A stretch of 64,000 nucleotides of DNA from Lytechinus pictus. Its lineage: Eukaryota. The notes below the pieces were generated by a model. It saw only the letters and a list, made by a program, of their open reading frames with translations, made no database searches and was not told the origin of the DNA. Positions 25,508-39,201 of the stretch are shown piece by piece. Within the stretch, counting starts at the first letter, position 1, and every line of letters starts with the position of its first letter. The stretch is taken from the NCBI RefSeq assembly GCF_037042905.1, contig NC_087245.1:13394001-13458000 (forward strand), given 5' to 3'. Position numbers and translations under genes: made by a program.

Positions 25508-26883
25508 GGTAATAATCAAACAAAACACAAGTTTTAATGAATTTACCCGAAATGTTCAGAACGGCTCTACATACATGTACATGCAATAAGACAATCAATT
25601 CACCTTGACATAGAAAGAGTTCATATCCACGAGTAATTTTGTATACATGTACCTCTCTCTATATTTCTTCTTCTCCTTCACCACTCCTTGCCTTTACAAT
25701 CACAAGCGCTTCCTTGCCCCTTCTCTCCCCATGTCTCCATGAGGAACCATATAAACAATGACTCAAACCTTGGAAAAGAAACACTTCCTTTTCACATGTT
25801 TTCACCAAACAAATGATCGCAAATGTCAAGTATCATGATTGGCCATCAAGTAAATGTGATATCGTTTAATAGTCAAGTTCCACATGCATGGCAGAACATT
25901 GAGGAAATGGAAGTTGACCAAAGAAAATCCGATAAATCAGAAAGATATATTTATTAGTACTTCTTGTTTGATGCTTACTGGCATGACTTGAATGAGTCTT
26001 CAGGGAGAACAGGATAAAAATTGACAGGAAACACAAATAAAAGTGTTTTATTCCAAATAATTTGCAAGTCATGGATTATATATACTTTGACAAAGTGACA
26101 AAGTGGGGGGGGGGGGGGTTCTGAAAAGTGAGAAAAGGATTTTTATCTGCAGGTAATAGCCAACATCACCCCCCCCCCCCAAAAAAAAAAAAAAGATAAA
26201 GAATAGATAAAAACTATTAAAAAAAGATAAATGAATAAATAAAAGTTCTATAAATGAATGAATAAAAGAATTAACAAAATAAATAAATTGTATATGAATG
26301 AATGAACGAATTTATAAACAAACAAATAAATTATGTTTGCATCGAATCACAATATCCCCCAGAGGACCCCCCCCCCCCACCACCATCTCTGGGTCTCCCG
26401 TGTCTGTCTCTCTCTCTCTTTCTATCTCCTCTTTTTTCTCTCTCTCACACAATAATCTTCATGAACATACAGTTCTCTGTCCCTCTCAACCAAATCTCTT
26501 GACACAGGAACCATGGTCTGGCTCTCAGCTACAGATATTACTGACGACTTGTCGCTCCATTCACAAGTGTACTACAGCACACCTACCTCCTCAGGACTGC
26601 TAACGATACGGTAGTAGCTCCATGGTATAATACTGTCCATTATCCAACTACATTTGGTGATAAATGTACATACAGGCCTAATGTAATAACTAGCAAAACA
26701 AATTTAACTGACTTAAAGAACAAATCAGGGATCTGTCCACAGTTGTGGCACAATGTTTGTGACTAAACAAGGAACAAAATGGAGCCTAATTGCCTGCATG
26801 TATCTGAAATTGAAAACGCCTGAATCCCCAAGATACATGTAGTTATAAAGTTAAATTGTCACAATAACCACGGAGGAGGACGA

Positions 26884-26950
26884 TGGACAAAGGGATGGAG
26901 ACAGGTGGACAAAGGGACAGAGACAGATGGACAAAGGGACAGAGACAGAC
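26884..26950. repeat. 22-bp minisatellite x3
   Basis: TGGACAAAGGGA(C/T)(A/G)GAGACAG repeated three times. Confidence 0.85.
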
Positions 26951-27716
26951 ACATATTAGAAGACAAGCAAACTGGGATCACGATGCAACTGCTGTAAACA
27001 CACATACACAAACATAGGAAATTTCTTATCTGAACTTTAGTAATTGATCATACAACATCCTGAACTGGGACTAAAAGTTTAAGAGGTACACTGCACAAGT
27101 GCATGTACTTTCATATCAAGCCTGAACAATCCCACCAACAACAGTCATTGGACTGTGAAATGTCAGGCACAAGGTTCAAACCACAGTGTCACTTGTACCA
27201 TTTAGCAAGGCATTGTTCAGCATTTGCTACTTTCTATCTAGATGAAAAAGCAGGATACATACCAAACGCAAATTCAAATTCCTAGTAGAAATTCTCGAAT
27301 AGCCATATATTTTCAACCATGCAAATTGAAGGGTAAAAAGTAATCAATTTTGATAGAAATCTCTTGCAAATGAACTGCATGCCTTGCACAGATAGTGATT
27401 TCCATTTCAAACTTGATCTAAATAAGAAATTCTATTTTGTCATAGAAAATCTACACAGCAAAAAAATGATTTTGGTTTCCTGAAAGTAAATACAATGAAT
27501 TTTCACATCAAAAGTAAAGAACCAAAAGGGAATCAATTTTCATTTTGATTTATCCATAATCAGAAAATCACTGTCCCTAGAACTGCTCCAAATATTACTA
27601 GCTGAAAGTATGCCAATGTTCAAATTCTCTTTATTCAAATATTGAGTAGACCTACAATAAATTGCATCATTAAAGTTTCACAAAGTTCCTATGAACTGGG
27701 TTTAAAAAATCTTTAC

Positions 27717-27878
27717 CTGTTAAGGAGAAATTCAGCCATCTCTGAATCAGACTCTAAGGACAACACTGCCATGCAGTTCTTCCATCTTGTGAAAACACCC
27801 TCAGAGAGCTGTATGAACTTCCCCATTGGAGCTTGAGCCCTGGCTTCACTCACACTCCCTTGTTTGCGAGACAGGATC
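27717..27878 (-). CDS. Internal coding exon (phase 2-2, 162 nt) encoding an RW..x..L.SD.E.A.FLL.R-type helical domain
   Basis: Minus strand: pyrimidine tract TGTTTCTCTCTTACTGTTGTAG acceptor, open frame ILSRKQGSVSEARAQAPMGKFIQLSEGVFTRWKNCMAVLSLESDSEMAEFLLN(R), donor CAG|GTAAAG. By recollection the motif resembles N-terminal domains of transposon-associated and zinc-finger proteins of fish and marine invertebrates (not searched). Confidence 0.7.
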
Positions 27879-28084
27879 CTACAACAGTAAGAGAGAAACA
27901 AGAAGACAAGGTAGCTGGATGATGTTATTGAGAAATGATCTTCAACATTTGTTACTAAAATGCCTTGCCAATTGGTAATCATGTTCCTTTCTTTCTAATG
28001 ATCAAGAGAAATTAACCCAGTTCTACTTTTTACAACCTACCTTCACAAATCTAAGATGCCCAAAGTGCCATAAGTACAAGCCAT

Positions 28085-28550
28085 GTGTAACCGACCCTAT
28101 TTCTTCTGTGTCAGAGATCGTATAAACAATACTACGATATTTACTACATTCATAAAATTGCCATATAGTTTTCAAGAAGAGATAAAAGGCTCTTGCAGTG
28201 AAACGCTATCGTATTTCCAGCGTGTTAGATGGTGTCAATGTGAGTCAGATAGAAATGTTGCTGGTACAAAGGTTTTTAAACCATTTCTTTCTATTCAGAC
28301 TTCAAAAATTTGCGGCTATTGACCCGGTGAGGAGAAGGGCATGTGAAATGTAGAAGGGTTCTTTTCCTCGTATCAGTTTCACATCGCATAACCACTCCAA
28401 GAGAAAAAGTGCACGCAACATTTTTACCGATGTTAAAGGTATGAGTTCAGCTGCATATATAGTTCCATTAATTTAGGATCTGCCCAAGAAACTTTGACAC
28501 AACATCCAACAGTGCGGCAATTCACTCAGGATGCCACCGCAGTTCATCCA
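28085..28550 (-). pseudogene. Possible decayed transposase-like coding fragment
   Basis: Frameshifted, stop-interrupted pieces LLDVVSKFLGQ..C..HTFNIGKNVACTF / LEWLC...FYISHALLLTG...F..LN / TFVPA......RW resemble the Cys-rich N-terminal region of some DDE transposases; judged by eye only. Confidence 0.3.
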
Positions 28551-29651
28551 AAAAAATAACTTTGTATCATGGTGATAATAATTCTTCTATTGTTGTCTCA
28601 TATTGAAGAAAATCAAGTTTGTTTTAGGACTAGATAATCCATCAATTAATTTTTTTTTTCAAATCAAAAGTATTTCTTTTTTAATTGATTTATTATTATT
28701 ATCATTATTAATTGATGCCATTACTTCAAAGGAAAAACAATTTCTTAAGATGTTATGACAAGCATGTTTTTCTACTCTCCTAGATTTGGTTTCTTGAAAA
28801 GGTATGGGGGTTTTTTCACCTCGTACATGAAAATTACTTTGGAGATGAAAAGATGAAAATCATCCATCATTTACGTATGTCCAGTCTGTAGATCTAGCAT
28901 GTGACAATATATACAAAATTTCTGAAAATCCTTCTTGGATTTATCATCTGCAGGCCCGTCAACTCAGGGTGCTGAACAATATTCAGGCACGCATGCCTAA
29001 TTGAGCAATTGACTGCCTCTTTCATGGGCACATCTATATAGTCAGCAAAGGTATGGTTCTATCATTTTCACTAAATATGTATTTTGTCTTTAACGGTACC
29101 TTAAGCCATCAAAAATATACTGATTGCATCCTGAAACTAAATTGATACAGTGTCACCATTCAAATGTCTATTTTCAGACACACTACATCCAGGGGCCGCA
29201 CTATGTTGCACGCGATCTCTCTATCCCCCCCCCCCCCCCCCCTCTGTCTATAGCTCCAGAGGAAAATTACATTTTTATCACTGGTATAGAACCTCTCAAA
29301 TACTTTACTTTTTCATAAAACGTCAAGAAATCATAAGTGGTGCTTGTATTTTCCCCAGATACCTGCAAAATAGATTAACATGTACTATACTTTACATAGA
29401 CGTAGAGTTTAGATCGATTCCTTTGTCTTCCCAGAAAGTTTCAATGAATTGAGTCGGTTACAGTTCTTTAGTTATAATTACATGTATACTCTTCTAGTTA
29501 CTGCAGACAAAAGTGCAGAGAAATTCAAACATTTTCTATTTTATGACAGTTGTTGGTATAGTCACAACTGAGTAATTCAGAAAATTTTAGGATGTTTGGT
29601 CTGAAAAAGATGACACAAGATCTTTGAATGAATGAACGGTGGTCCCCTTAA

Positions 29652-29999
29652 AGGAAAATTGAAAATCAATGTTGATTTTCAAATTTAAACTGCAATGATT
29701 GAACACATAAAACAGAACACTGTTCAATGGTGAAAAATCAAAATATAAAGCTGATTAAACATTGATCTACTTTAAATATCCCGCTCTCTTTAATGCAGCT
29801 TACTGCACAGTTTGACCATTACAAGAAAGTTCACTTCTGGCACGTGCCTATGTAGGCTTCCACTGCAAGAGAAATTATAAAGCATTTCAAAACTCATCGT
29901 GTTCAATATTGCATTCTGTAGCATCCGCGAAGCTGAAAGTCGTAAAATCTGAGCTGATCGCGTTTCCAAACGTACCTTTTGTGGCATTTAAATTTTCCT
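29652..29999. mobile_element. Possible old Kolobok-type MITE
   Basis: TTAA|AGGAAAATT ... AATTTTCCT|TTCA; short TIR only. Confidence 0.35.
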
Positions 30000-30627
30000 T
30001 TCAATCGTGATATGAAAGATGTTTACTTTTATGACTGGGAATGGGGGACATTGAAAAGGCTCTTTGTTTCTCAATATATCCGCATTTTGTAATCACGTTT
30101 TCAATCATAATTCATTTTGCTGTTTAAATTTGGAAAATCAACATTGAACACACCCTTATTTCAACAACTTGAGTTGGTTCTACTGATATTCTACTAGTTG
30201 AATAAAATCTTTCATGAGTCAGTCTACCAACATGTAGGCCTACCATAGATCTATATTGCACACATACAGGAGATACCTGTACCTGGCTGAAATTATGGAA
30301 CAGGCAGTAGAAAGTCTAGTACATGGATCACAGAATCACATCAAATCAAGTTTTTCATTCTAAAACACAAGACCTGATTACGGTTACTTTTCACAGAAAG
30401 AAATCAGTCAGATACCAGGAGAAATTCTTAAAGTCAGAGAGCAAGGCTAACATATTTGTTTTCTATGGCTATCAAGTGACGAAGAGAGCTGCACGCCTGA
30501 CCTTAGAAATCAGTTCATAGGGTCCAGGAATCAATACCAATAACTGGAGTCTCTTTAAAATGCAAAAGAGGCGAATGACATGGAAAATTCTTCACTCATT
30601 TTTACAGCTTGGATAATGGATATTTAA

Positions 30628-31213
30628 AGGACAAGTCCACCCCAACAAAAAGTTGATTTGAATGAAAAGAGAAAAATCCAACAAGCATAACACTGAAAAT
30701 TTCATCGAAATTGGATGTAAAATAAGAAAGTTATGACATTTCAAAGTTTCGCTTAATTTCACAAAACACTTATAGTTATAGGTCGGTATGTAAATGAGGA
30801 GACTGATGACATCATCCACTCACTATTTCTTTTGTATTTCATTATATGAAATATTTTAATTTTCTCCTCATCGTTGTGTGAAACAACAATCAATTCCTTC
30901 CTGAGCATGTGGAATTAGCATTGTTTAATACTATATGGTTCAGTCAAGTTGGTCCTTATTGTCAAATCTGTAAAAATTGAAATATTGTATAATTCAAACT
31001 ATAAAAGACAAAAGAGTGAATAAGAGACATCATCGACTGTCTCATTTACATGTTACTGAGTTATGCATATCACTGTTTTGTGAAAAATAAGTGAAACTTT
31101 AAATGTCATAACTTTCTTATTTTACTTCTGATTTTGATGAAATTTTCAGCATTTTGCTAGTTGATTTTTCTTCATATATCAAAATCAACATTTTTCTGGG
31201 GTGGACTTGACCT
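30628..31213. mobile_element. Kolobok-type MITE, family A (opposite orientation to 15383 copy)
   Basis: TTAA|AGGACAAGTCCACCCC ... GGGGTGGACTTGACCT|TTAA, perfect TTAA TSD, 586 bp. Confidence 0.9.
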
Positions 31214-32816
31214 TTAATAAAGTGACAGATTGACTAAGATTTCAGTCAGATTGAGAAAGTAGGATTATTCATATTTTGATGTTGCTTCATGTATGAAGAA
31301 AGTAGAGCAGTCTGTAGGCACGACTAGACTACAAGCCAATCTCTTTTTTAACCAATCGAGCGTGTACCTTCTTCTCTGCAGTGCAGGTTTTGCAAGATCA
31401 TTGTAGATCAAGTCTATAAAACAGATCCGGTATTTTTTAATACACCAGATGACTACCGGTAATCCATGGTATGAAAATATAATGAATAAAGTGGTAGGTT
31501 GACAATTGGATAAATAAACAAATAGGCCAATGTGATATACCAAAGTGGTACTATTAGACCAAATTGCATTAAAAGTGACTTGGATAAAATGGATCCAGCA
31601 AGTGTATAATCTGAAAATTAGACCAACTGGTACTATACCAAGTGGCTAAATAAAGCCAACAACCACTTGTCTGTGCCTTGTGAGGTTAGGAGGTCAATAG
31701 ATGAAGTCATCCAGGAAAAAGGGTCAATACAATCATCAAGCATCTCCTTCAAAGCGAGAGCAAACCCAAGCCAATATACTTAGATTTCAGGCCTTCAATT
31801 TCCCACTTGAAATACTACACACAATGAAAAACGAGTGATACCGCTACACCTAAAAAGATTAGCAGCATGTACTTGTAGTATTTTTTTATTCAGGAATTGT
31901 TTACAATGCAGGTACATATACAGAAAAATTCACCTACAAATTGACAATGCAACATTTTCTCATCAAGAAATACACAATGAAAAAAAGAAATCTGCTTTAT
32001 ATTCTTTTGGATACATTTAATAAATTATAGGCCTACTGAATGCAAGATTTCAGTAAAGATATAGGCCCTAATCATATGGATGGTGTTTTCAGAGCAAAGG
32101 TTAATAGTCTCTCAGATGGTATGTAAAACGTAAATATATCTCACGTATAATTATCATCATTTAACAAATTCCTTGCCAACTAGAACAAATCAAATATAAC
32201 CATTTCGCACAATTTGTACAAATTATTCTTGATCATCACCCCCCCCCCCTCTGTCCTTCCCCTTGATCCAAAGCTTCTCAAAAGTTGAACGCCCATCACA
32301 ACAAAGTCACCTTGCAGTGACGAATGGTGGAAAAATGTTTTCATAAAAAGGTCACACTTGAATGTAGACACAAGAAACCTAACGAACTTTTTTACACATC
32401 TTATCAAATGTACAATCTGTAATGATACCCTATAATATTTGATAAACAAAATGGCATAATTCAAGATATATGGTGTTTGACTTTCCACCTGTTCAAACAA
32501 AACAGATGATATAGATTATACATCAGATATTGATGTTACAATGCAGATTAAAAAGCATAACTTAACACCTCCTTTTATGTATTTGAATTAAAAAGCAGAA
32601 ATAATGAGATACAATGAAGGATAGATTGATCTCCTTTTGTGTGGCAGTGTTTCCATAATTCAAGAGTTGAGATGATAAGAGATGGGGGTTAGAGGGCAAA
32701 AACACCAAGTAGGGTAAAGACAAAGGCAGAGTTTGAATTGCATATTAGGCTACGTTCACTCAACCTCATGCAATCAACCCTAGAAACATGTTTTTGAAAG
32801 GCATATAGTTCAAAGT

Positions 32817-32869
32817 TTGCTCGTATGTAGCGGTAGTTTGAAGTTCAAACTACCGCTACATACGAGCAA
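32817..32869. repeat. Perfect 53-bp palindrome
   Basis: TTGCTCGTATGTAGCGGTAGTTTGAA-G-TTCAAACTACCGCTACATACGAGCAA: 26-bp arms, 1-nt spacer. Confidence 0.95.
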
Positions 32870-35800
32870 TTGTTCTTGTCGATCATAAAAATTCTTTCAA
32901 AACGCACACATGAAATGCTTAAAAGGTACGTTTCTAAAGGCGACTCTGCAGAACCAAGGATGTTATAAAGTATGACTGATGCCAAAGAGATCTCATTCTC
33001 TATTATAATTCTACTGTGCATGAACTGCGACTTCTCCAGTTCAAAGATGTAGATAAACATACTGTATCCATTCCAAGTCAAACACCATGATCTGTGATTA
33101 ACAGTGGATGGGCTTGAAAGAGGAAATAAACAGTGCTACTGAATGCTCTCCCCACGTAACCAAGTTTGTTGCGCGTTTTGATTTGTGATTAATGTTTGTG
33201 ATTCCAGCTTTAAATAACATAGTTTGAACACACCCTTAGATGCTGATTAGCACCTGAATGATGAATAGACTGGAACGAAAAAGGACTTTGATTCCCAATC
33301 TGCATGATGCAGATGAAGTGACAGGAGATATCGCCAGATAACCCCGGGCTGAGGGAACAACTTTTATCAGGTCAATGAATAATACATGCGACTACTCCAA
33401 TTCTTTTCCTCCTTTCGTATAAGCTCGGTGTCTCCTTGTAGGGTACTATGCGTCCGTGTTGCTCATTGCCCATTCCTTTTGGAATAATTTCCACAAAGAC
33501 GGTGTATGTGTTTGAGTATGATATAGGGTGGGGAGCAAGTGTGAAGATATCCATGTGTTTATTAGTAATCAGCATCACTCAAACAAAAAAATGCAGCATT
33601 TGATGGGGTCATAAAAGGCTATTCTTTTTTTATTAAGATCAATCAAAATTGTTAAAGTGATGCAATATGGTTTACAATCCCAAACTAATACACTGATATA
33701 TTGTGAGTCATATAACTTGGGCTGAAATTAAATAATAAGTTTGTTTCATAAGAAATATAAAATGGAACACTATGAAATATAACTAAAGTGCATCCACCAT
33801 GAAATAAAATTACTTGGGACCACACAAATATGTTCAGCTAAAACTTATTAAGCAAATTCAACTTTGAAGTAATTAACATTTTGAATAATCTGGTTTAAAA
33901 ACACTCCAACTTTTATACGCAATTATTCGACTTTACATGTACATATATATGAGGTCCACTATTGCAGACCTAATCATATATATATTTTTTTTCAAATTAC
34001 CAACAAAACCAATGAAATAAGAAATCAACATTAAGAACAATTAAAATGTAAAGGGTGAATCAGTTGTGGATGTTAAGAAAGCCTCTACAGCAGGCTAATA
34101 AAATGTAAGAACTCAGGGCAAATAATACTTCACTCCCAAGATGTAAAAAAAAAGCTCTCACAGACTGAAGCAGAGTCTAAATTCATTTGGATTTAATAAA
34201 GTCAAGCAACAACTTGAGTTGAAAGAATAACCTCTGTTCAGACAAGAAATATTCATTTTTACCCCAGTATAATAGAGGCCAATTCATTGGTTCCCTTTAT
34301 CAATATTTTGGTAGATTCTCTCCAATCCTACATGCAGAACCGGTTATCCGAACTGGGGGTTCACTTATAGTATTCTTGGACAGGAATGATATCTGCTGCG
34401 TACGGTACATATATTATGCACTTGTTGAAAATGTAAAAAATAAATCATAACATATGCAATTACCAGGGAACTTGGAGCCTGAAAAAATACAAACAAGTAA
34501 ACAATTAAAAGAAAATTGCTCATATCCTTTCATCATTTCCTACAATTAACGTTTGTTTGCCCACGTTTTCCCACTACAATGAAGACAGTAGTCTGCCCGC
34601 AGTTTAACCTGAACGGATTGGTCAGAGTAGGAAGTATAAATACGTGGTTGCCAAGCTCAGGCAGGATACCAACATGATAGGTGAAATCGTTCTCTCTTCT
34701 GAAGTTTTGGCAGGTTAGTTTATTTCTAGGGTGCTTACATTTCTTCCACTGAAAGTCATTAAGGGAAATAAGTTCAATACTGGACCAAAATCAGCAATCT
34801 GAAATGCATTATAGAGTATACCACAGTCGCATCAAGTCTCATTTTCATCACTTAAACACAAATCTAGAATGCATAAACTCACACGGAATTGCGTTTGGGA
34901 CAAACATTCCTTTTACTAAGACCAATAAATGAAACATTACTAAATGTGCTTTTATGATATCACAATAAAAATGATTGCAGTCATCCAAGACCTCATGTAT
35001 GAACTCCTTCAATCTCTCTCGATACGTATATGAGAGTTGATCCTGTTAAAAAAAAGATCCATATCAGGAGTCCTGTGAAAATCCACCTACCATTTCTAAT
35101 CTGCCTGAATATATGTATTGAACCATGTATCATGCACATTTCATGATGCTCATTCTTCCATTGAAATATTAGCATGAACACACTCAGAGTTGAGTCTGAG
35201 ATGCAAGACTATTAGTACATACATATCAAGTATGATTCAAAGAAGGTGGGCGTGTATTCTAATCTCATATCTCATGACCAAATCATCCTGACACTGTTAA
35301 CGAGCTATCGAAAATAACACTTCCTTGCCATGCCCTAACTAGACCATTGGTCATAATGGTCAATCAGCAGTGACCAGCGGTCAATCACAACTGACTACTG
35401 GTCAATCATAACTGATCAGCAGCCTATTATAACTGTCCACTGCTATTATTTACATACAGTGGATCAGATCTGTATTGCATAATTCTAGTGAGTTTGGCAA
35501 TGGGCACCAAAACTATTATCCCAAATGTGATAAATTAAATGGTATCAGTAAAATCATTTTCATCATCCAATTCAAAATTCTACCATTTACTAATAATGAT
35601 AGTGTTCCATTATGGCAGAACTACGTACCGACAAGTAATATTTATTTTAGCGAAATTGGGTAAGAAATGTCTAAAATGTGTAAAATATAAACACCAAGAC
35701 TTGGTGTAGGTAAAAGAGCCAATCATGTGTTGAACCCATGAGATTTCTATTCATGCGATTATATGTGTGCGATTCATGTACATATTTCAGGAAGTTCACA

Positions 35801-38739
35801 AGAGAAATGGATGGACAAACATTTTAATATGGTCACTTATTTTTATTTCAATAAAAAGTCACAAGAAAATGAAAGTGGGATATCAAATGTCTAGCATTTC
35901 AATGAGGCGAGAGGAGGTTGTGATTTTCATGGAATTCAGATCTTTAATCCATTTTTATAACAATTTAATATATTTTAGCTACTACTCGTAATAACCTTAT
36001 AATCAAGACCATGTTCAAGAGCTGTACTTCCTATTTACAGTCAATTTATACTTCGTTATAGATTGCTAATATTAAACTAAGGATTTCTATATCAATCAAA
36101 CAAATTACAGTATGTTCTTTAAAGACACGAGATATGAGAAATATTCTAAAGTTAAGGTAAAGGAAATGTTTTGCTGGGATTTTTTCCCCTTTTACATCAA
36201 TTGTTCTAGATTGGAGGTAAGGTGAGTGAACTGAGAGTCTTTGATCTCACATGGCTTCATTCCTTTTCCTGTTTTTATCTCACACAGCTCACAGTGTGAT
36301 CAGGAAAATAAAATGACTATCTTCAAGCAGTTGGACTCTACACAAGGAACATGATTCAAACTTTTGGGGTCAATGTTTTCTCATTTCTTTTTTTTCTCTG
36401 GCAGCACAAGAGAGTTCATATTCATAATGACATTTGCACTATGATAATTGATTCGTACATGTATCAAGCACTTTTACACAAAGATTGATCAGAGTGATTT
36501 AAATAATGGACACTACAGTAAAATATTTACATAGTGAAATTTGAAGTAAAAGCATATTATATGTAGAATGCTGGAAAGACTTCAGTTTTAGGATTGATTT
36601 TGAAGAATCTTCTTTATAAGAATGGCTGAATTTAATGAATAATTGCTTCTTTTTGAAGCAAACTTACCCCCCCCCCCCACACACAAAATTAATAATACTC
36701 ACTTTTCTTGCAAAATGTTCTTCCTATAGGCTATATGTATGTTGGGGTGGATTATACAGACATGTATCACCATGTTGCAGGTCCATATAAAAAAATACAT
36801 CAAATGTCATATTAAAGTAATGTTTAATCCAGATGAGCTATTGAATGTGAACGAGGCATAGACTGTCAACCTCAAGGGGCACAAGGATGATACCAATAAA
36901 TTTTAAAACATGAGTAGTATAACAATATGGAAATATCTGGATGAGCTCTTTTGTGTGAACAGGGTTCAAATTAAACCAAACTACACCTTTTTAGACTTAT
37001 AATGTGAAAGGGGCTATGATACCAATAGATCAGTTAAAAACATGAGAGTAAGGTTACAGGGGAAACCGGGCAATTGAGTGCCCTGGATGGGATACTTCAG
37101 GTCAATCACACAACTTTGTCATCCTTTTTTAAATAAACAAACTGTTAAGGGTACTTGACTTTCCTTGATCAAGCAGGCTAGTGATTTTGTATCAAAAAGC
37201 TTTGTTAAACATTTCCAACATTATATTTTCAAATCTATCAATCAGACAACAACAGTGTATCTTGTTTCACAAAACAATTGCAATTCTAAGAACTATCCAT
37301 GAAAAGACAGCTTAACACTTTTATGATATTTTAATGAAACCTCAACAAAAATCATACAGAAAGTGTAAGAAACAAACCATATCAAGTACCCGTTATTTGG
37401 TGGCTCAATAGCTATAGTATTCAAAGTATTCTATAGAATTCTATAGAAAACAAAAAATTTCATCAATTCTTTGAAGATTAAAAATGTAATAGGAATAGGC
37501 CTATAGATGTCCTGTTCAAATTTGTGTTTGGTTTTTACAGACCTTTTCTTGGGCAAATGATGTGGCTTGAACATGACTGTAAAAAAATAGTGTGAATGCA
37601 GTGATCATCTCCTAATACATGTACATGTATGTTATATTGACTTCACAGCACATGCTCCTATAAAAAAGGAAAATATGCCCCCCCCCCCCTTTGCCAGCCC
37701 AAAGTTGACCCTTTTCAGGAGGTTAACAGTCAATATACTACACAAAAGAGCTGTAATTCGGCAAGAATCATCAGTCCTGAAAGATCACTTTGTATGAAGA
37801 ACCCTCTCAAGTCTAAATAGTCTAAATGGCATTTAAAATGTTGCTTTATGATTGTGGTTTTCAGGTAAAAAAAAAAATAGCAAGAACATGCCCTAACCAT
37901 GCATTCCTTACTGTGACGATTCAGTTTAGAGAATGGAAGATCATTTCACTGAAAACTGTTATAAGCTATTACATTCTTTGAACCCGACTGGCTGCGAGCA
38001 GATTTGTCATTTCCAACCTGCAAACAAGATGCTTTGTGAAACACACTCCAGACAATAAGATATAAATCATAGAGAAATAAAATAAGAATCAAGAGATGGA
38101 GAGAGCTGCAATGACTGACAATATAGGCTACATGTAGGCTACAGCAGAGTGCTCACGTAAACAGACCATTACACTGCAATCTTGTTTTCACTAGGAAATA
38201 ATTAACTCAAGTCGGGAAGTTCGTTTATATGCAATTATGCTGAGCGGCAGCAACAGGCATGACTACTACAGAAATGAACATTCCCAGTTTACGGGCCAAA
38301 ATTTCTAGCTTTTATAAAAGTCAGTATACCTTTATAGACATCAGTTCAAGACCGAAACGACTCATAAGGTTCCCAGATCCTAACCAGGTCCCAGGCCAGG
38401 TCAGGGTGCAACATTTTGATGTAGTCAAATAATATAAAACTTTACCCCCCAAAATATAGATATTTTTCCACTACCCTACTTGTAAAGAAATACATGTAGA
38501 TTATTATACAGTACGCTTTCAAGCATTCCTTTATAGTTGTCGATAAGAATTGAATGAACATCATTATTTTTTAAAAACCCAAAGTGACCATATATTTCTG
38601 ATTTATTTATGAAAAGGTATATAACATAGGCAGATAGCCTGCATGTCAATAAGATTATTGCACATGACCCTGTGCTAAGAAAGTGCCTCAGCTCATGTTC
38701 TTGTAACCAATCTTCATCCATGTATATAGAGATTTGATT

Positions 38740-39197
38740 AATATGAAATATGAAATATTTTAATTTCCTTACAATAATGTGAAATAAAGTTTAATTCTAA
38801 ATAGGTTCATTATTGCGGAATGAAATAATCGCTAGAGGGTATTCATTTGTCTCGCAATCTACTATGGAAGTTTAATTCATTCCTTAATATGTTGAGTTAA
38901 CATTTTTGTAACCTAAATGTGATTTTTTAAGTCAAATGTTTTTTTTTGGTCAAATCTGCAAATACTGAAATATTGTATGATTCACATTATAAAATGCAAA
39001 AGAAATATGAGTGACATTATTGATTCTCTTATTTGCAGAATACTTTATTGTGCATATAACTGGTGTGTGAAATATAAGTGAAATTTAGAAATGTAAGAAC
39101 TTTCATTAATATTCCACACCCAGTCTTGATTGAAATTTTTAGCATTATGCTAGTTTAATTTGATTTTTCTTCCGTTGGGGTGATTTTCCGCTTTAAA
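38740..39197. mobile_element. Old degraded relative of Kolobok-type family A
   Basis: Motifs ATATGAAATATGAAATATTT, GTGCATATAAC, TGAAATTTTTAGCATTATGCTAGTT and terminal TTGGGGTGATTTTCCGCTTTAA match family A in order. Confidence 0.55.
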
Positions 39198-39201
39198 GTA
39201 T

